Origin: Anaerolineales bacterium | GTDB lineage: Bacteria > Chloroflexota > Anaerolineae > Anaerolineales > E44-bin32 | Assembly: GCA_049644665.1 (NCBI GenBank) | Contig: JBARSI010000045.1 | Span: 1-59,558 of the forward strand | DNA: 59,558 bases | Direction of reading: 5' to 3' | Shown: positions 28,692 through 37,871 of the stretch, one piece after another | Layout of the letters: each line of letters begins with the position of its first letter | Position numbering within the stretch: the first letter of the stretch is position 1 | Position numbers and translations under genes: made by a program | The notes under the pieces: generated by a model | What the model saw: the letters and a program-made list of their open reading frames with translations, nothing else | Told to the model about the DNA's origin: nothing | Database searches by the model: none

Positions 28692-29138
28692 ATGGACCAC
28701 ACAGAGATTTTGGGGTCCGCCGAGTTGTTTGAAAGCATCACTCCTGCCGAGCTGCAGGCCATCTCACTAATCTGTAAAGAAGTTACATTTAATAACGGTG
28801 ATGTCATCACGCAACAGGGTGAACCCGGAGAGTATCTTTACATTGTCCTGGATGGCTTCGTGGAAGTGCTCCACAGCGGAACACCGCCGGAGCAATCGCC
28901 CCGCACCATCATCCACCTCGGTAAAGGTCAAATTTTTGGTGAGATGGCACTGGTAGACCATGGTACTCGCTCAGCAACGGTGCGCGCGGCCTCTGATCCG
29001 ACGAAGGTGCTTATGATTCATTGCGACGACTTCGAGCAAGAATGTGAGGAAAACCACCACCTGGGATACGTCGTCATGCGCAATATAGCAGCTGACCTAT
29101 CCTTCAAGCTCCGCCATCGCCACTTTGCCGAACGCTGA
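28692..29138 (+). CDS. Stand-alone cyclic-nucleotide-binding (CNB) domain protein
   Basis: GEPGEYLYIVLDG, FGEMALVDHGTRSATVRA. Start set at ATG 28692 (GGAGGG 4 nt upstream); the ORF track starts at GTG 28677. Confidence 0.8.
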   Translation: MDHTEILGSAELFESITPAELQAISLICKEVTFNNGDVITQQGEPGEYLYIVLDGFVEVLHSGTPPEQSPRTIIHLGKGQIFGEMALVDHGTRSATVRAASDPTKVLMIHCDDFEQECEENHHLGYVVMRNIAADLSFKLRHRHFAER

Positions 29139-29147
29139 GGTGTTGAA

Positions 29148-29357
29148 ATGCCTGCAATCTACAAAGTGAGTTACGTCGTCTCGGGAGAAGATCACCCGGG
29201 AGCGATCCTAAACAGCGAAGCAGCCCCACACCAAGGAGATTTGATCTCGCTTGGTTCACATGATTTTGAGGTAATTGAAGTAATCGATCTCGTTCCGCCG
29301 CGCGGGGATTTTCATTATCTACATGCGACTCTCATCCGCACACCTGATAAAGCCTGA
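29148..29357 (+). CDS. Small hypothetical protein, probably co-transcribed with the CNB gene
   Basis: 69-aa ORF starting 9 nt after the CNB stop. No recognisable motif. Confidence 0.45.
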   Translation: MPAIYKVSYVVSGEDHPGAILNSEAAPHQGDLISLGSHDFEVIEVIDLVPPRGDFHYLHATLIRTPDKA

Positions 29358-29379
29358 ATACCCCACCTCAGGAAACAGG

Positions 29380-30135
29380 TCAAAAGTCAATTTTCATAAA
29401 ATCCTCAGCCAGGTGTACTTCCCCAGAGAAAGCACCCCTCGCCTCTTCCACCAACTTCGCCGTATCACAGTTGCCAACAGGGTAGTGAATTAGATATAAG
29501 CTGTCTACTCCCGCATCGCGGGCGATTGCCCCTGCCTGAGCGGCGGATGAGTGCCCGACACTTTCGCCAGAGGACTCATGAAAAAGTATATCCGCCCCTT
29601 GGGCGAGGTTAATAACCGCCTGAGAAGGTTCTGTGTCGCATGAATATGCGATTACCTTTCCGGTTGACTTAGCCTCAATCCGTAAGCCAATCGTCGGAAT
29701 TACATGTTTAACTGGCGAGCAGCAGATCGACACATCCCCTTGTTCGAGGACCATCACACCCTCATTCTCCGGTAGGCGATGAAATGCGACCGGGAAATAA
29801 TCTGGCCAATCACCCCATTGATAAAAGTCCATTAACTCCTCGACCCTCTTCAAACAGTGGTGCAGCCCGTATATACGTAAGACCTGGCGCCGTCCCTCAA
29901 GCCACATACTCATGAGAAGCAGCGGCAAACCGCTAATATGATCTGGATGGAAATGCGTCAGGATAACATCCGTGATCTCCCTCGTTGGGATTCCTAACCG
30001 CTCGAGGCGCAGCATTGGCGCGGTGCCGCAATCGATCAATACGACACCATCCCCTGTGCGAATCATCATGTGCGAATTATCGTGCTCGAGATTAGGGATC
30101 GCCGCCGCGGAACCCAGGATGATTAATTCAGGCAT
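29380..30135 (-). CDS. MBL-fold metallo-hydrolase (RNase Z/beta-lactamase superfamily)
   Basis: 251 aa. ILTHFHPDHISGL, plus downstream His/Asp ligands (HESS.., LIHY). Confidence 0.8.
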   Translation of the reverse strand: MPELIILGSAAAIPNLEHDNSHMMIRTGDGVVLIDCGTAPMLRLERLGIPTREITDVILTHFHPDHISGLPLLLMSMWLEGRRQVLRIYGLHHCLKRVEELMDFYQWGDWPDYFPVAFHRLPENEGVMVLEQGDVSICCSPVKHVIPTIGLRIEAKSTGKVIAYSCDTEPSQAVINLAQGADILFHESSGESVGHSSAAQAGAIARDAGVDSLYLIHYPVGNCDTAKLVEEARGAFSGEVHLAEDFMKIDF

Positions 30136-30138
30136 AGT

Positions 30139-31587
30139 TCATGATCCAGAAAGCAGCCAAACAGCGATCCGCGGGGTTATAAATACCTCGAGAAACGCTG
30201 CGGCAATAAGGAGAGGAAGGACTATTCCGATCGAGATTCTTGCCCATTCTGCAAGCGACGTTGTCCAGCCCTCTCCCAGTGAGCTCCCCTTAGGAAGGCT
30301 GATCGCAGCCATTCCCAGTTGTAAGATTGCTGCACCCGCGAGGATGGCTGCTGGTACTTCTAGGATTGCATGTGGTAAGACAAGCGCAGTGATATACTGT
30401 GCAGCGCCTTGCCCGGCTTGCGTCAAGAATCCCGCAAAATATCCTGTTATCGCCATGGGTGCCATAAGGAGAATTACCGACAAAACACCGAAAGAAAATA
30501 CACCCAAGATCGTCGCCAAGAGGAGCGCGCGAATGTTCGTCCAGAGAATCCTTACCGCTCCATTGGGCGTTAGCATTCCAAATCCGCGCAAGACCTCGAG
30601 CCAATCTTTATCAAACGCATTATCCTTGAAAATCTCAGTTGGTAATCTAAACACCTCTGCCTGCCCATAGCCCACTAAAAAGCCTATGAACAGGATAGCT
30701 GAAATTATCAGTATTGGAAATCTGATGCGCTTTAAGGATTTCGTAAACAACCCACGATACCATTCTATGGGATTCCGGGCATTGGAGTGAAATAAAGACC
30801 AGAAGCGCCTAGCTGTCCCTCGAAGATCAAGCACATCAAGCTCGCGGGCAAGAAGCTCCTCACGATTGAAGAGTCTCAACCCCATTCGCATCAGGACAAT
30901 CGCGATGAGCAACAGGGCGAGCACGATCCACCACAAAATATGATAACGTCCCCAGAACATGATCATGCTTTCGCCAATGATTAACTGAGCAACGGGAATG
31001 ATAATAAAGGAAGCCAATAGGTTCGCGGCTCGCACCGAAGTGGTTAATGAGGAGATCACAACCGCTCCGCTGACCATTACCATCGCCTGGATAGTAGTAA
31101 GCGAAAGGATCTGAATTAACAACTGAGGTGAAGGAAGCCACTGCACTTTGACCAACAAACCAATCAGATAGACGATGATGCCCAAGTAGGCAGCTGCGAG
31201 CGGAGGGACAAGTGAAGCGGCCATTTTCCCCAGGTAAAGCTGCCCATCGGATAAGGGAGTCGCCAGAAGCGGTTCTAACGATTGTCTTTCTCGCTCCCCC
31301 GCGAAGCTCTCCAGGGCAATAACAAGCGAAATCGATATTGGAAAAAAACCTACAACCATTAGCAGGAAAGGTATCAAGCGTTCGCCAATAATTGGCGCAC
31401 CGTAACGGCCCACAAAGTCAACTGCCTGAGTGGCGGTGAAGTTCATCAATAGTGGGAAGAATAAAGTCAGCAGAAGTATCGGCGCCAGGATTCGCCAATC
31501 CCGAAACTGATCCCGGATTTCCCGGCGGGCGACGATCCACGCACCACCGATCAGAGTAATTGGAGTGGAAGCCTCAGCGGTCATCAC
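30139..31587 (-). CDS. ABC-2-type permease fused to a SpoIIM/DUF95-like membrane domain
   Basis: 482 aa with about 11 TM helices. N-terminal half resembles an ABC-2/NosY-like permease. C-terminal half has LLATILGVFSFGV..PHAILEVPAAILAGAA, typical of SpoIIM-like proteins. 14-nt overlap with the ATPase gene. Confidence 0.6.
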   Translation of the reverse strand: MMTAEASTPITLIGGAWIVARREIRDQFRDWRILAPILLLTLFFPLLMNFTATQAVDFVGRYGAPIIGERLIPFLLMVVGFFPISISLVIALESFAGERERQSLEPLLATPLSDGQLYLGKMAASLVPPLAAAYLGIIVYLIGLLVKVQWLPSPQLLIQILSLTTIQAMVMVSGAVVISSLTTSVRAANLLASFIIIPVAQLIIGESMIMFWGRYHILWWIVLALLLIAIVLMRMGLRLFNREELLARELDVLDLRGTARRFWSLFHSNARNPIEWYRGLFTKSLKRIRFPILIISAILFIGFLVGYGQAEVFRLPTEIFKDNAFDKDWLEVLRGFGMLTPNGAVRILWTNIRALLLATILGVFSFGVLSVILLMAPMAITGYFAGFLTQAGQGAAQYITALVLPHAILEVPAAILAGAAILQLGMAAISLPKGSSLGEGWTTSLAEWARISIGIVLPLLIAAAFLEVFITPRIAVWLLSGS

Positions 31588-32524
31588 CCATCTTCTCTAG
31601 TGAGTTTTCCTCACCCACCACCTGAAGATAGACCTCCTCCAGGCTCCGTTCGACCCTGGAGAGCGTAACCACTGGAATTTCGGCTTTCGCTAATGAATTC
31701 AGTATCTTCGGATTGACAGTCTCTGCCTGCAAAGTGCTGTATCGAACCCAATTTTCTCCTGACGCGATTATGTCGATCCCGTCTGGGAGATACTCGAGCG
31801 CTCCGTCCAGAGAACTCGCCAAGCGCAGTTCCATTACCGGATCGCCAACCATCTTCCGCTTGAGCCCAACCGGGGTATCGTTCGCTATGATCTTTCCTCT
31901 GCGGATGATCGCGATCCGATCTGCGAGAGCCTCCGCCTCAAACAGGTTGTGTGTGCACACGATGATCGCCCGAGCGGCAGACCTCAATTCAACTATGCTG
32001 CTGCGGACATGATGCGCACTCTCTGGATCCATCGCTGAAGTGGGCTCATCTAAAAGCAAGACCTGCGGTTCATGCAGCAACGCCCGTACGAGTGCTAGTT
32101 TCTGCCGCATCCCCTTTGAGTACTGCCCAAGGCGGAGCCCGGCAGATTCTAGCAGTTGATACTCACCCAGAAGAGTGCGGGTCCTTTGTTGGATCGTGGA
32201 AGGATCTAAGCCATAGACACTCCCAAAGAACTCGAGATATTCACCTGCGCGCATTCGTTGATATAGCCCATGTTGTTCGGTCAGCAAGCCTACAACGCTG
32301 CGCACGGACTCTTGTTCATGCTCAACGTCATATCCGCCGATTGTAGCGCTGCCGGCTGTCGGCTTCAGGATTGAGGCCAGCATCCGAATCGTCGTTGTTT
32401 TTCCTGCTCCGTTCGGTCCAAGCAGCGCAAGGATCTCCCCCGGCTTTACATGGATCGACACATTATCCACTGCCGTGAAAGTCCCAAATTTTTTACTGAG
32501 GGAATTCGCTTCGATACTGCTCAT
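31574..32524 (-). CDS. ABC transporter ATP-binding protein
   Basis: GPNGAGKTT, YSKGMRQKLAL, LLLDEPTSAMD. Start set at ATG 32524 (MSSIEANSL..); the ORF track extends to 32569. Confidence 0.9.
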   Translation of the reverse strand: MSSIEANSLSKKFGTFTAVDNVSIHVKPGEILALLGPNGAGKTTTIRMLASILKPTAGSATIGGYDVEHEQESVRSVVGLLTEQHGLYQRMRAGEYLEFFGSVYGLDPSTIQQRTRTLLGEYQLLESAGLRLGQYSKGMRQKLALVRALLHEPQVLLLDEPTSAMDPESAHHVRSSIVELRSAARAIIVCTHNLFEAEALADRIAIIRRGKIIANDTPVGLKRKMVGDPVMELRLASSLDGALEYLPDGIDIIASGENWVRYSTLQAETVNPKILNSLAKAEIPVVTLSRVERSLEEVYLQVVGEENSLEKMGDDR

Positions 32525-32593
32525 CACTTTGCTCGGAGCATTATAGCAAGATCTCCTATTATCCTTCAATCATCCTTCCGTCCCAAGGAAAAA

Positions 32594-32620
32594 CGAGTTT
32601 GCCCTCTAAGGGCAACTCTT
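32594..32620 (-). terminator. Rho-independent terminator (minus strand) upstream of the ABC operon
   Basis: Minus strand reads GAGTTGCCC-TTAGA-GGGCAAACTC followed by GTTTTT (one bulge in the stem). Confidence 0.5.
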
Positions 32621-32799
32621 TCGAGATCGAAACGCAACTCGCCTTACTCAGGTGATGGTCATCAGTGTGGGCGAACCAATATCCGACAATGATTAGCGAA
32701 GCAGGTAGCTAAAACGTGCGTACTCATAGGCTTTAATCAATATGCTGTGGAGAAGTGAGCCTATTACGATTGTGCCCCTGAATTTGCCTTTATGTGTGT

Positions 32800-32823
32800 G
32801 GGACCGACATGCATGTCGGTCCC
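32800..32823. repeat. Perfect 24-bp palindrome GGGACCGACATGCATGTCGGTCCC
   Basis: Read directly; exactly self-complementary. Located in the 418-bp lgt/ABC intergenic region. Confidence 0.9.
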
Positions 32824-32987
32824 ATTATTAAATCCAATTGTCATCACTTGTGTATTCAGCGGACTTTTGGGGTCCGGGCATACCGAAAAGATGTGGGCGC
32901 GACCATTTACAGAAGTCTTCTGGGCAGTCCCTTTGAGATTTTTTCAGGGCTGTTTTGGTCTAAAACTCTTCGCGAAGATCAAATACT

Positions 32988-33788
32988 TCAGGCGGCGCTC
33001 TCCTTACGATGACGCAGAAAGATCGTTAGAGCACTCGCGATCGCGATGAGAAGCATAAACCCTTGATTGAAATTGATTCCAAAGAGTGGAACATAATCTA
33101 ATCGAATGAATTCAAGCAGGAATCGACCAATCGGGTACATGATCAAATACACAAGGAAGAGATCACCGGATTTAATCCGATCGCTGAATCTACGCCAAAT
33201 CCACAGGAGAAAGAACATATTGAATAGATTCCAAATGGACTCATACAAAAAAAGCGGATGGAACCGCTCAAATGATGCAAATTCCGGAATGCGATTCTGG
33301 GGGTTTATAAAGATCCCCCAGGGAAGATCGGTTGGGGGGCCATAGAGCTCCTGGTTGATGAAATTCCCCCAGCGGCCGATCGCCTGGGCCAAGGCAATTC
33401 CAGGGGCGGCAGCGTCGAGCAGCGTCCCCATTTCTATCTTATGGCGCCGGGAAAAGATGTAGATGCCCAAAACCCCGCCTATGATCGCGCCGGGCATGGC
33501 TAATCCACCTTCCCACGTCGTGAGAATCATTAACGGGTTTTGCAGATAATCCGCAGTTGTGATCCCGGAGTAACGCGAGGGCGTGAACACGTGGTATAGA
33601 CGCGCTCCAATGACGCCAAAGATCAAAACCCATGTCAGAGCATCCCAGACAATCTCGGGGTCCTTTCCCATCTTGCGCAGCATCCAGCGGGCGAGGTAAG
33701 TGGCCATGATTACCCCGAACATAATAATCATGCCGTAATAACGAAGATAGAGGAATCCGAGATGGATTCCGTATTGATCGAATGACAT
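32988..33788 (-). CDS. lgt: Prolipoprotein diacylglyceryl transferase
   Basis: 266 aa. GARLYHV, GRWGNFINQELYG. Confidence 0.9.
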   Translation of the reverse strand: MSFDQYGIHLGFLYLRYYGMIIMFGVIMATYLARWMLRKMGKDPEIVWDALTWVLIFGVIGARLYHVFTPSRYSGITTADYLQNPLMILTTWEGGLAMPGAIIGGVLGIYIFSRRHKIEMGTLLDAAAPGIALAQAIGRWGNFINQELYGPPTDLPWGIFINPQNRIPEFASFERFHPLFLYESIWNLFNMFFLLWIWRRFSDRIKSGDLFLVYLIMYPIGRFLLEFIRLDYVPLFGINFNQGFMLLIAIASALTIFLRHRKESAA

Positions 33789-33792
33789 AATC

Positions 33793-34404
33793 CTATCCTT
33801 TAGACGTTTGGCGGCGGACGCTTATGATCCGCTGAAGAGCGGTGATATTCGCGAGAATTGCGATCAAACCTACACCAATCCATGGGTAACCCATAATTAA
33901 ACTTGGGACAAGGACGACGAACCTTTCGAAGCGGGTTAACACCCCCACTTTTGCTTCATACCCCAGGCTCTGTGCCAGTGCTCGAATGTATGAAACCAAG
34001 ATAGACCCTGCTGTTGCAGCGAAAACCAGCATCGCCAGGATTAAATTCAATTCCTTGATCGCATAGAAAAGCAAACCAGCATAGATGACCAATTCCGAAT
34101 ATCGATCGGTGACCGAATCGACAAATGCTCCGAAATCGCTCGGCTCACCCCGCAGCCGTGCCATGGTCCCATCTAGTGCATCTATTGCTCCCATTGAGAG
34201 CAGAATCAATCCGCCCACGAGGAAGGAGCCACGCGCCAGGTAATACGCACCGATCGAGTTGCCTACTAAACCCGAAATTGTTAATGTGTTCGGCGTGAAA
34301 CCTAATCGATTGAGGAAGGCGCCGACAGGGTCAAGAAGATACTTATACCGAATCCTAAGTGCATCCGTAAGCGTAATCTCTGCTTGTTTTACCGATTCAT
34401 CCAC
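33793..34404 (-). CDS. CDP-alcohol phosphatidyltransferase family protein
   Basis: 203 aa. DALDGTMARL-x8-GAFVDSVTDRYSE signature. Confidence 0.85.
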   Translation of the reverse strand: MDESVKQAEITLTDALRIRYKYLLDPVGAFLNRLGFTPNTLTISGLVGNSIGAYYLARGSFLVGGLILLSMGAIDALDGTMARLRGEPSDFGAFVDSVTDRYSELVIYAGLLFYAIKELNLILAMLVFAATAGSILVSYIRALAQSLGYEAKVGVLTRFERFVVLVPSLIMGYPWIGVGLIAILANITALQRIISVRRQTSKG

Positions 34405-34471
34405 GCGTTATATTCTCCCCTCCCTCATTCAGGTTATTCGCAACGTATGCTAACCGTAGATATTGTAGTGG

Positions 34472-36766
34472 TCAAGGCGAGCCTTCATTCTCCTCATCTT
34501 GGTCAGGTGAAGTTAAGGGGTCTTCATCTGCTCCGATCAAGACCTCACGCGTTCTCCCACCCGCCTGTGGGCGGCCAACAACGCCTAATTCCTCTAATTC
34601 ATCCATCAACCTTGCCGCCCGAGGATAACCAATCCGCAGCCCGCGCTGGAGCAGTGATGCGCTGGCTTCGTCGCGCTGTTTTACGAGTGCAATGGCTTGC
34701 TCGAGAATTTCATCATGATCCCCAAGAGCTGCCTGTTGGTGAAGGAGTTCTTCCCAAGGTGATTCTTCAGTCTCCGGGGATCCATCACCAAGTTCCTCCC
34801 GCCAATATGCCCTCAACCGCGCAATTTCCCCATCGGTCACGAATACACCCTGCAGGCGAACCGGAGCGCCCGCTTCCGGAGAGAGGAAGAGCATGTCGCC
34901 TTTGCCCAGCAGCGTCTCAGCGCCGGGGCAATCGAGGATCACACGTGAATCAACACCGGAGGCAACTGCGAAGGAAATCCTGGCAGGAAAGTTTGCCTTA
35001 ATTAAACCGGTGAGAATGTCTGTGCTTGGCCGCTGTGTTGCGACGATGAGATGGATCCCTGTCGCGCGCGCCATCTGTGCCAGTCGAACGAGTGTATGCT
35101 CCGTCTGATCCGGCGCCATCATCATCAAATCCGCCAGTTCATCGATCAGGATAACAATGCGCGGTAAACGTTCAACACTCTTTTGTCGTCGAATTTTTCG
35201 GTTGTACATTTCGATATCACGCGCTTTAGTGGACTCCAAAAGCCGGTAGCGCCGATCCATCTCGATTGTACACCAACGCAATACTCCCACGATCCGCTCC
35301 AGCTCTGTCTCAACCTTTCCGAGCAGATGAGGAAGTCCATTAAAACGGATTAATTCAACCATTTTCGGATCGATCATCACCAGGCGCATATCCTCCGGCA
35401 TATTGTTCATCGCCAAACATACGGCGATCGAGGCTATAGATACCGACTTCCCGGACCCGGTGGTTCCAGCGATGAGAAGATGCGGCATCGCCACCAAATC
35501 GGTCGCGATAGCTGCGCCAGCCACATCTCTGCCCAACCCTAAAGCTAACGGAGAGGAGATCGATTGAAAGGTCTCCGTTTCCAAAATCGGACGCAAGCGA
35601 ACTATCGATGGGCTGCGATTTGGGACCTCAATACCCAGGTATGCCTGCCCAGGGACCGGTGCTTCGATACGCAAGCGTGGTGATGTGAGTGCAAGAGCCA
35701 AGTCGTTGGCGAGTGCGGAAATCTGAGAAACGCGCACTTTCTGCCGGTGGACCTCACCATCCGCGCCCATATGTTTGACATATCCAGGCTCGACTGCAAA
35801 CTGCGTCACCGATGGTCCAGCACGAAAATTAACGACTCGCGCTGGCAAGCCGAAATCTGCCAGCGTCTTTTCGATCAGACCGGCAGCAAGGTTAATCTCC
35901 CCTGATGTAATTGCTCCTTTTTTCTCATGATCGAGAATATCCAGCGTTGGCAGCCTGGGATCACGCTTTGCGGGTTGGTTTGGTTTTTCTTCCGGGGTTT
36001 GTGCAACCTGGAAGTTTTTCCGGAATTCCCGGGGGAGTTTTCGGGCAGACCGGGCTTTCACCGATTGCTTCGACTCTTGCTGCGTCTTCAGATCTTCGGC
36101 TGCAGAGAGGTCCCCTCTTTCCACCTGAGACTGTGTACTGCCAACCCCAGAAGGTGCAAATCCATCGATCGTCCGCTTGAGGAAGGCCGCCACCCCAAGA
36201 AACAAAGAAACGAGAAAGATCAAACTTAGCACAAGAACTCGACCGAACTCGCCAAAAATGTCGCCCATTAACCGGGCAAGCCCCCAGCCCACGATCCCAC
36301 CGCCAGAGCCTGCCTCCGCTGAGGCTAACCCCATCCCACTGAAAGTCGCCATTAAAGCCAGAGCGGCGAAGACGGTGATTTCCAACGAAACGACTCGAAG
36401 CCAGGGTATCTGGATCCAATCACCACGACGTTTGCGGATTGAGAAGTAGGCGGGAATACAAAGTATGATCGGAGCAAGGAAAGCTCCATATCCTAATCCC
36501 TTTCGTAAAAGCCCAATTAAGGGATCGATCAAACCACCACGGGTGAGATCAAAGAGGCCCAGGATCACAATTACCGCACTTGTTATAAGAGCAATCGCGA
36601 TTAGATCGCTTATTGAATCCATGAGCGTATCGAGCAAAGAAAGTGTATCCAATGCTGCTCGCTCTTCTGGAACGTCCTTCCTACTTAAGTTTTTCTTGGG
36701 TTCTTTTTCTCTCATGTCAATCAACCCAGCTTGTCCAATAACGACCGGGCGCGCTTTGCTGCACAC
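34472..36766 (-). CDS. ftsK: DNA translocase FtsK/SpoIIIE
   Basis: 764 aa. N-terminal TM helices, GTTGSGKSV, VILIDELADL, C-terminal gamma winged helix LLQRGLRIGYPRAARLMDELEELGVV. An alternative start exists at 36715. Confidence 0.95.
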   Translation of the reverse strand: MCSKARPVVIGQAGLIDMREKEPKKNLSRKDVPEERAALDTLSLLDTLMDSISDLIAIALITSAVIVILGLFDLTRGGLIDPLIGLLRKGLGYGAFLAPIILCIPAYFSIRKRRGDWIQIPWLRVVSLEITVFAALALMATFSGMGLASAEAGSGGGIVGWGLARLMGDIFGEFGRVLVLSLIFLVSLFLGVAAFLKRTIDGFAPSGVGSTQSQVERGDLSAAEDLKTQQESKQSVKARSARKLPREFRKNFQVAQTPEEKPNQPAKRDPRLPTLDILDHEKKGAITSGEINLAAGLIEKTLADFGLPARVVNFRAGPSVTQFAVEPGYVKHMGADGEVHRQKVRVSQISALANDLALALTSPRLRIEAPVPGQAYLGIEVPNRSPSIVRLRPILETETFQSISSPLALGLGRDVAGAAIATDLVAMPHLLIAGTTGSGKSVSIASIAVCLAMNNMPEDMRLVMIDPKMVELIRFNGLPHLLGKVETELERIVGVLRWCTIEMDRRYRLLESTKARDIEMYNRKIRRQKSVERLPRIVILIDELADLMMMAPDQTEHTLVRLAQMARATGIHLIVATQRPSTDILTGLIKANFPARISFAVASGVDSRVILDCPGAETLLGKGDMLFLSPEAGAPVRLQGVFVTDGEIARLRAYWREELGDGSPETEESPWEELLHQQAALGDHDEILEQAIALVKQRDEASASLLQRGLRIGYPRAARLMDELEELGVVGRPQAGGRTREVLIGADEDPLTSPDQDEENEGSP

Positions 36767-36792
36767 CCGGTACGCGCAGGATTACTCGTGGG

Positions 36793-37812
36793 CTACAAAG
36801 CCGGAAGGGATTCGGATGACTCAATCTCAGTCTCCGAATCCTCTGATGTCGTCTGTGGGACACCGCGCAGGCTTAACCCTAGGCGACGCTCTAATGCATC
36901 GATATGGATAATTCGCACCTTCACCAGCTCCCCATCATGAACAACATTACGAGGGTGGAGAAAGCTGCCATCGCCCAACTCAGAGACATGGATCAACCCT
37001 TCCAGACCCTCCTCGATGCCAATGAAGGCACCGAATTTAACCACATTCGTCACAACACCTTCCACAATTTGCCCAACGGAATACTGATCATCCACTCTTT
37101 CCCAGGGATCTGGCAGAAGCTCTTTCAGGCTTAGGGCTACTCGATCTTGATCTTGATCAATTGAGAGAATCTGAACTTGAATATCCTGGTTGCACTTAAC
37201 GACATCAGATGGATGCCCCACTCTCCCCCATGAGAGCTCCGAAACATGGATCAATCCTTCCACGCCTCCTAGGTCGACAAAGACACCGAACCGCGTTATG
37301 TTTGTGACTTTTCCCCACACTCGATCACCCGGGTTTAAAGATGTCAAGAGCTCGACTCGCCGTCCTGGCCCTGCGAGCGCTGCACGCTGAGAGAGAACAA
37401 GCCGTCCGCGTTCGGGATCAAACTCAATGACCTTTAAACCCATCTGCTTTCCAACTTGATCTTCAAGAATCTTTAGACGCATTTCATCTTCAAGCTCAGG
37501 TTGAATGTCCATAAGGTGAGAAACCGGGATAAAACCACGCAAGCTGCGGGCTTCGACGAGTAATCCACCGCGATTGCAGCCAACGATGGGAAGATCAATG
37601 ACTTCATCTTCTTGATAAAGTTCGCGGGCCCAGGCCCAATCTTCTGGGTCACCTTGATTGACTATTCGTTTAGCGGAGCTGCCCTCTTTGACCGGTTCGG
37701 GATATACGGCTTGATGCTCTTCCTCTTCCATGACCGCCGCCCACCACGACTCATCCAGATCTGGCGGTCCTTCATGCCCCTTCCCCTCGTTTGAAACTTC
37801 TTCCAGTGTCAT
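36793..37812 (-). CDS. S1 RNA-binding domain protein (three S1 repeats) with acidic N-terminus
   Basis: 339 aa. GDRVWGKVTNITRFGVFVDLGGVEGLIHVSEL, GQIVEGVVTNVVKFGAFIGIEEGLEGLIHVSEL. Confidence 0.8.
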   Translation of the reverse strand: MTLEEVSNEGKGHEGPPDLDESWWAAVMEEEEHQAVYPEPVKEGSSAKRIVNQGDPEDWAWARELYQEDEVIDLPIVGCNRGGLLVEARSLRGFIPVSHLMDIQPELEDEMRLKILEDQVGKQMGLKVIEFDPERGRLVLSQRAALAGPGRRVELLTSLNPGDRVWGKVTNITRFGVFVDLGGVEGLIHVSELSWGRVGHPSDVVKCNQDIQVQILSIDQDQDRVALSLKELLPDPWERVDDQYSVGQIVEGVVTNVVKFGAFIGIEEGLEGLIHVSELGDGSFLHPRNVVHDGELVKVRIIHIDALERRLGLSLRGVPQTTSEDSETEIESSESLPAL

Positions 37813-37871
37813 GCTTACGACCTCTATACATTCACCTATTCAGGTAGGACCTGCGCAATTTCGAACACGAA

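Noticed and set aside
28677-29357. CNB-domain protein as a Pycsar/CBASS-type cyclic-nucleotide effector
   Set aside because: No cyclase or CD-NTase gene is adjacent, and the protein has no TM, TIR or nuclease effector domain. Its neighbours are housekeeping genes.
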